A stretch of DNA of 64,000 nt from Psammoneis japonica. Its lineage: Eukaryota. Under the pieces are notes generated by a model. It was given only the letters and a program-made list of their open reading frames with translations, was not told the origin of the DNA and did no database searches. Of this stretch, positions 61,591 to 64,000 are shown in pieces. The stretch is from positions 62,001-126,000 of the forward strand of contig QPGO01000164.1 of NCBI GenBank assembly GCA_008632985.1, in the 5' to 3' direction. Each line of letters opens with the position of its first letter. Positions within the stretch are counted from its first letter, which is position 1. A program made the position numbers and the translations under genes.

Positions 61591-62586
61591 ACTTCTGCTT
61601 GAGCACAACCAACAGCTCTTCCTGCAGGGTGTGGCCAGTTGCACGGCTGCATCGAACCCAAACGCGCGCGACCAACTGGCCCCACCCCGGCCAACTCATC
61701 TCGCACACGTGTGCGCGGTTGTCAGACTGTGCAGGCGTGCACACGTGTGTGAGGTGCAAGCAGAACATGCACAGAATTGCTGCTGACTGAGTTGACAGGC
61801 GGTGGATTTTCCGCCGGCACACAATCTACAGGCTCTGCAGGGAAGACAAATTTATTTTGGCCCCTGAGGCTTTTAAATGTCATTGAATTTTCTAACGCCT
61901 TTTGTTCACACATGTGCCAATTCAAAAGTCTGACAGAACACCCCGAAAGAACTGTGGAATCTGCACAAAAAAAATTTCTATTTGACGGTCCGAACAAAGT
62001 TGTCGCGAAGCGCTTCTCAAAATGTCTTCCAATTGAACACAGCAAAATGTCTGCTGTTGGCAAAACAGAGTCACTGTGGGCAAAATAGATCCCCGTCCTT
62101 TGCGTGCAATGACAGCGGCACGACAATGCAATGCACAACAACACCATGGCGAGCAATGCAAACACCATTCACTCATCCACCAGCTGGCATTTCCAGACAA
62201 GATCAAAGCTGTTGGACAATGTTCATGTGCTTCATTCCTGGGTCAAGTTGGGTTTCTTCTCATTGCTTGTTGTCGTGTCACTGCTTGCTTTACAACGTCT
62301 TGACCCACGCCATGTTTTTTGCTTTCTTCGCTTCTGCTCCATCGCGTGCGTGCCACAGCTTTTCCTGCAGGGTGTGGCCAGTTGCTCATCACATCAAACC
62401 CAAATGTGCGCGACCAACTGGCCTTGCCCTGGCTAACTCATGCAGCACTGCACTCCCCCGCGCTGACCGCGCTGACCCCCGGCTGACCCAGGGCTGACAC
62501 CGCGTGCAATCCCACAGCGCGCGGCACTGCACGTCAGCAGTGCGGAAAAAATGACCGTGCATTCCATGCAGACCACGAGCTCTGGC

Positions 62587-62712
62587 GCCACCCGAGTGTG
62601 TCACTCGAACTCTGACGTCCGCAAACACTGGAGCGAACCCCAAAGTTCCGCCACCCGAGTGCGTCACTCGAACTCTGACGTCCGCGAACACCGGAGCGAA
62701 CCCCAAAGTTCC
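62587..62712. repeat. 63-bp tandem duplication
   Basis: gccacccgagtg(t/c)gtcactcgaactctgacgtccgc(a/g)aacac(t/c)ggagcgaaccccaaagttcc x2; all three differences are at CpG sites. Confidence 0.85.
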
Positions 62713-62719
62713 GACCATT

Positions 62720-64000
62720 TGCTCACCCGAATCGCTCGCTCTCTCCCCCTCCTCCTCCTCCTCCTCCACACACACACAAAGATGTGACCAACCAAATGCA
62801 AACACCACATCGTGTCGCATCCGGACGACCTGCAATGACTGCTGTCAACATGCCCCACCCAACTTGACAAGCAAATCTCAAAGATGGTGGAGGTGAGTTG
62901 TTGCCATGAACCGTGGCTTCCTTCCTCTTTGGAAACAGGAGGTTTGTTGTTTTGTCTTTGCTTCTCAGCTGTGCTGCTGCACGTGCGTGGCACACCACTG
63001 GTGGTTTTTGGTGTTGGTTTCCACTCAGCTGAGCCCCATTCTCCAGCTCAGCCCACCCACTCAGCTGAGCACAATGATCCCTCATCGGCTCAGCTGAGCC
63101 TTTTGTTGAATTTTTTCTCAGCTGAAGGATTTCACTCACCTGAGATTCTTTCTTCCTTTGTTTGCAGACCCATCTCCACCCCCACCAGGGCGAAGTTCTG
63201 CTGCTTTGGTGTCTCAGCAGAGGACTGCTGAGATTGCCAGTGCTGGGAGACGTGTTGCTGGAGCTCCTCCTCCTGGTGGTGCCTCCACAGCTGCAGCTGT
63301 TGGCGGCGGCAGTGCTGGTGCCAGCGCCGCTGGAGCCCGTGGCAAGGGCAAGCGCAAGGGTGCCAAGGGCCAGAGCCAGCCCAAGAGGCACACAAGGGTG
63401 CACACCAGGCTGCATCTGCCCATGCTTCTTCTGTGGAACCTGGCATCATTCCCTTGCCTCAGGGCGAAAAGGAGCTGTTGCAGCACCTCATTGCTTGCTG
63501 CAAGGAAATTATGGATCTGAAGGTTCCGCCCACTGTTGGGGAAGGCCTGATGCCCAGCAACCCCAAGGCTGCTCACAAAAGTTTTGCTGAAAATTTGGGT
63601 GCTGTTTTTGCCTTCAAGGCGGTGTTTGGATCTGGCCAGAAGGTCCCTGGCAAGGTTTTTGCCACCATGCATGGAACAAACTGTCTGCCTGACCACGTCA
63701 AGAGGCTTCGTTCTGAGGACACTGAGGCCAATTGTGAACATCTCTGTGCCAAGTGTTTCAATGTTTTAGACAAGCACTTTCCCCTGGGACACTCCATGGG
63801 TTTTGGGGCATGGTGGGGCCGACTTCAAGCCGCAATCAAGGAGGACAAATTTTGGGCCCCCGGTGTTCATGGCTGCAATGCACCTGGAAAGGGTTTGCTG
63901 TGTTGCGGATTCCTCATCATTCTTCTCAAGCACCAAGTGGTGAAGGACCGTCAGCACCAGTTGGAGCTGGTTGTAAAACTCTAGGTTGCAGTCTGTAAAA
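62720..64000. mobile_element. Unclassified hypermutated repeat, runs off the window end
   Basis: TpA-depleted, Cys/His-rich ORF remnants such as 63433-63984. No family motif recognised. Confidence 0.4.

Larger units (their letters stand above)
54443..62440. repeat. Two tandem units of about 740 bp; unit 1 (54443-55577 plus 61591-61699) is split by nested insertions, unit 2 is 61700-62440
   Basis: 54446-54728 aligns to 61700-61985, 55262-55575 aligns to 61982-62325, and 61595-61698 aligns to 62330-62440. Confidence 0.8.

Noticed and set aside
62587..62712. CRISPR-like array (also 15722-15812 and 44240-44530)
   Set aside because: Plain tandem repeats without unique spacers, no cas genes, eukaryotic context.
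8640..64000. Classical fungal RIP
   Set aside because: RIP raises TpA and AT content. Here TpA is depleted and gene duplicates are spared.

Overview
Eukaryotic nuclear DNA, most likely from a diatom (inferred from short GT-AG introns, signal-peptide plus 'AF'-type plastid-targeting N-termini and a CoDi-like copia gag remnant). About 17 host genes lie in ordinary-composition islands: PSTK, His6/HisA, a SUMO-like+BTB protein, zinc-ribbon+DUF4034, a 2OG-Fe(II) oxygenase-like protein, a double NmrA protein, VOC/glyoxalase, a matrixin pseudogene, a class-3 lipase, two inverted paralogues of a membrane-anchored beta-propeller, an ATG22-like MFS transporter, a sulfotransferase and several hypotheticals. 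They alternate with blocks of decayed transposons (CRE-like non-LTR, Plavaka/CACTA-like, copia, Ngaro/DIRS, MITEs). The outstanding signal is a repeat-restricted hypermutation: TpA is almost erased (TA->CA or TA->TG) together with CpG loss (CG->TG/CA). It is visible by aligning repeat copies within the window (11 of 11 consecutive TAs converted), in a piggyBac-type TTAA target site present as TTAA/TCAA/TTGA, in Tyr->Cys/His changes in conserved TE motifs, and in spill-over that appears to have inactivated a neighbouring gene. This is the opposite polarity of fungal RIP and may reflect an undescribed genome-defence mutator. All counts and alignments were made by eye and no database searches were run.
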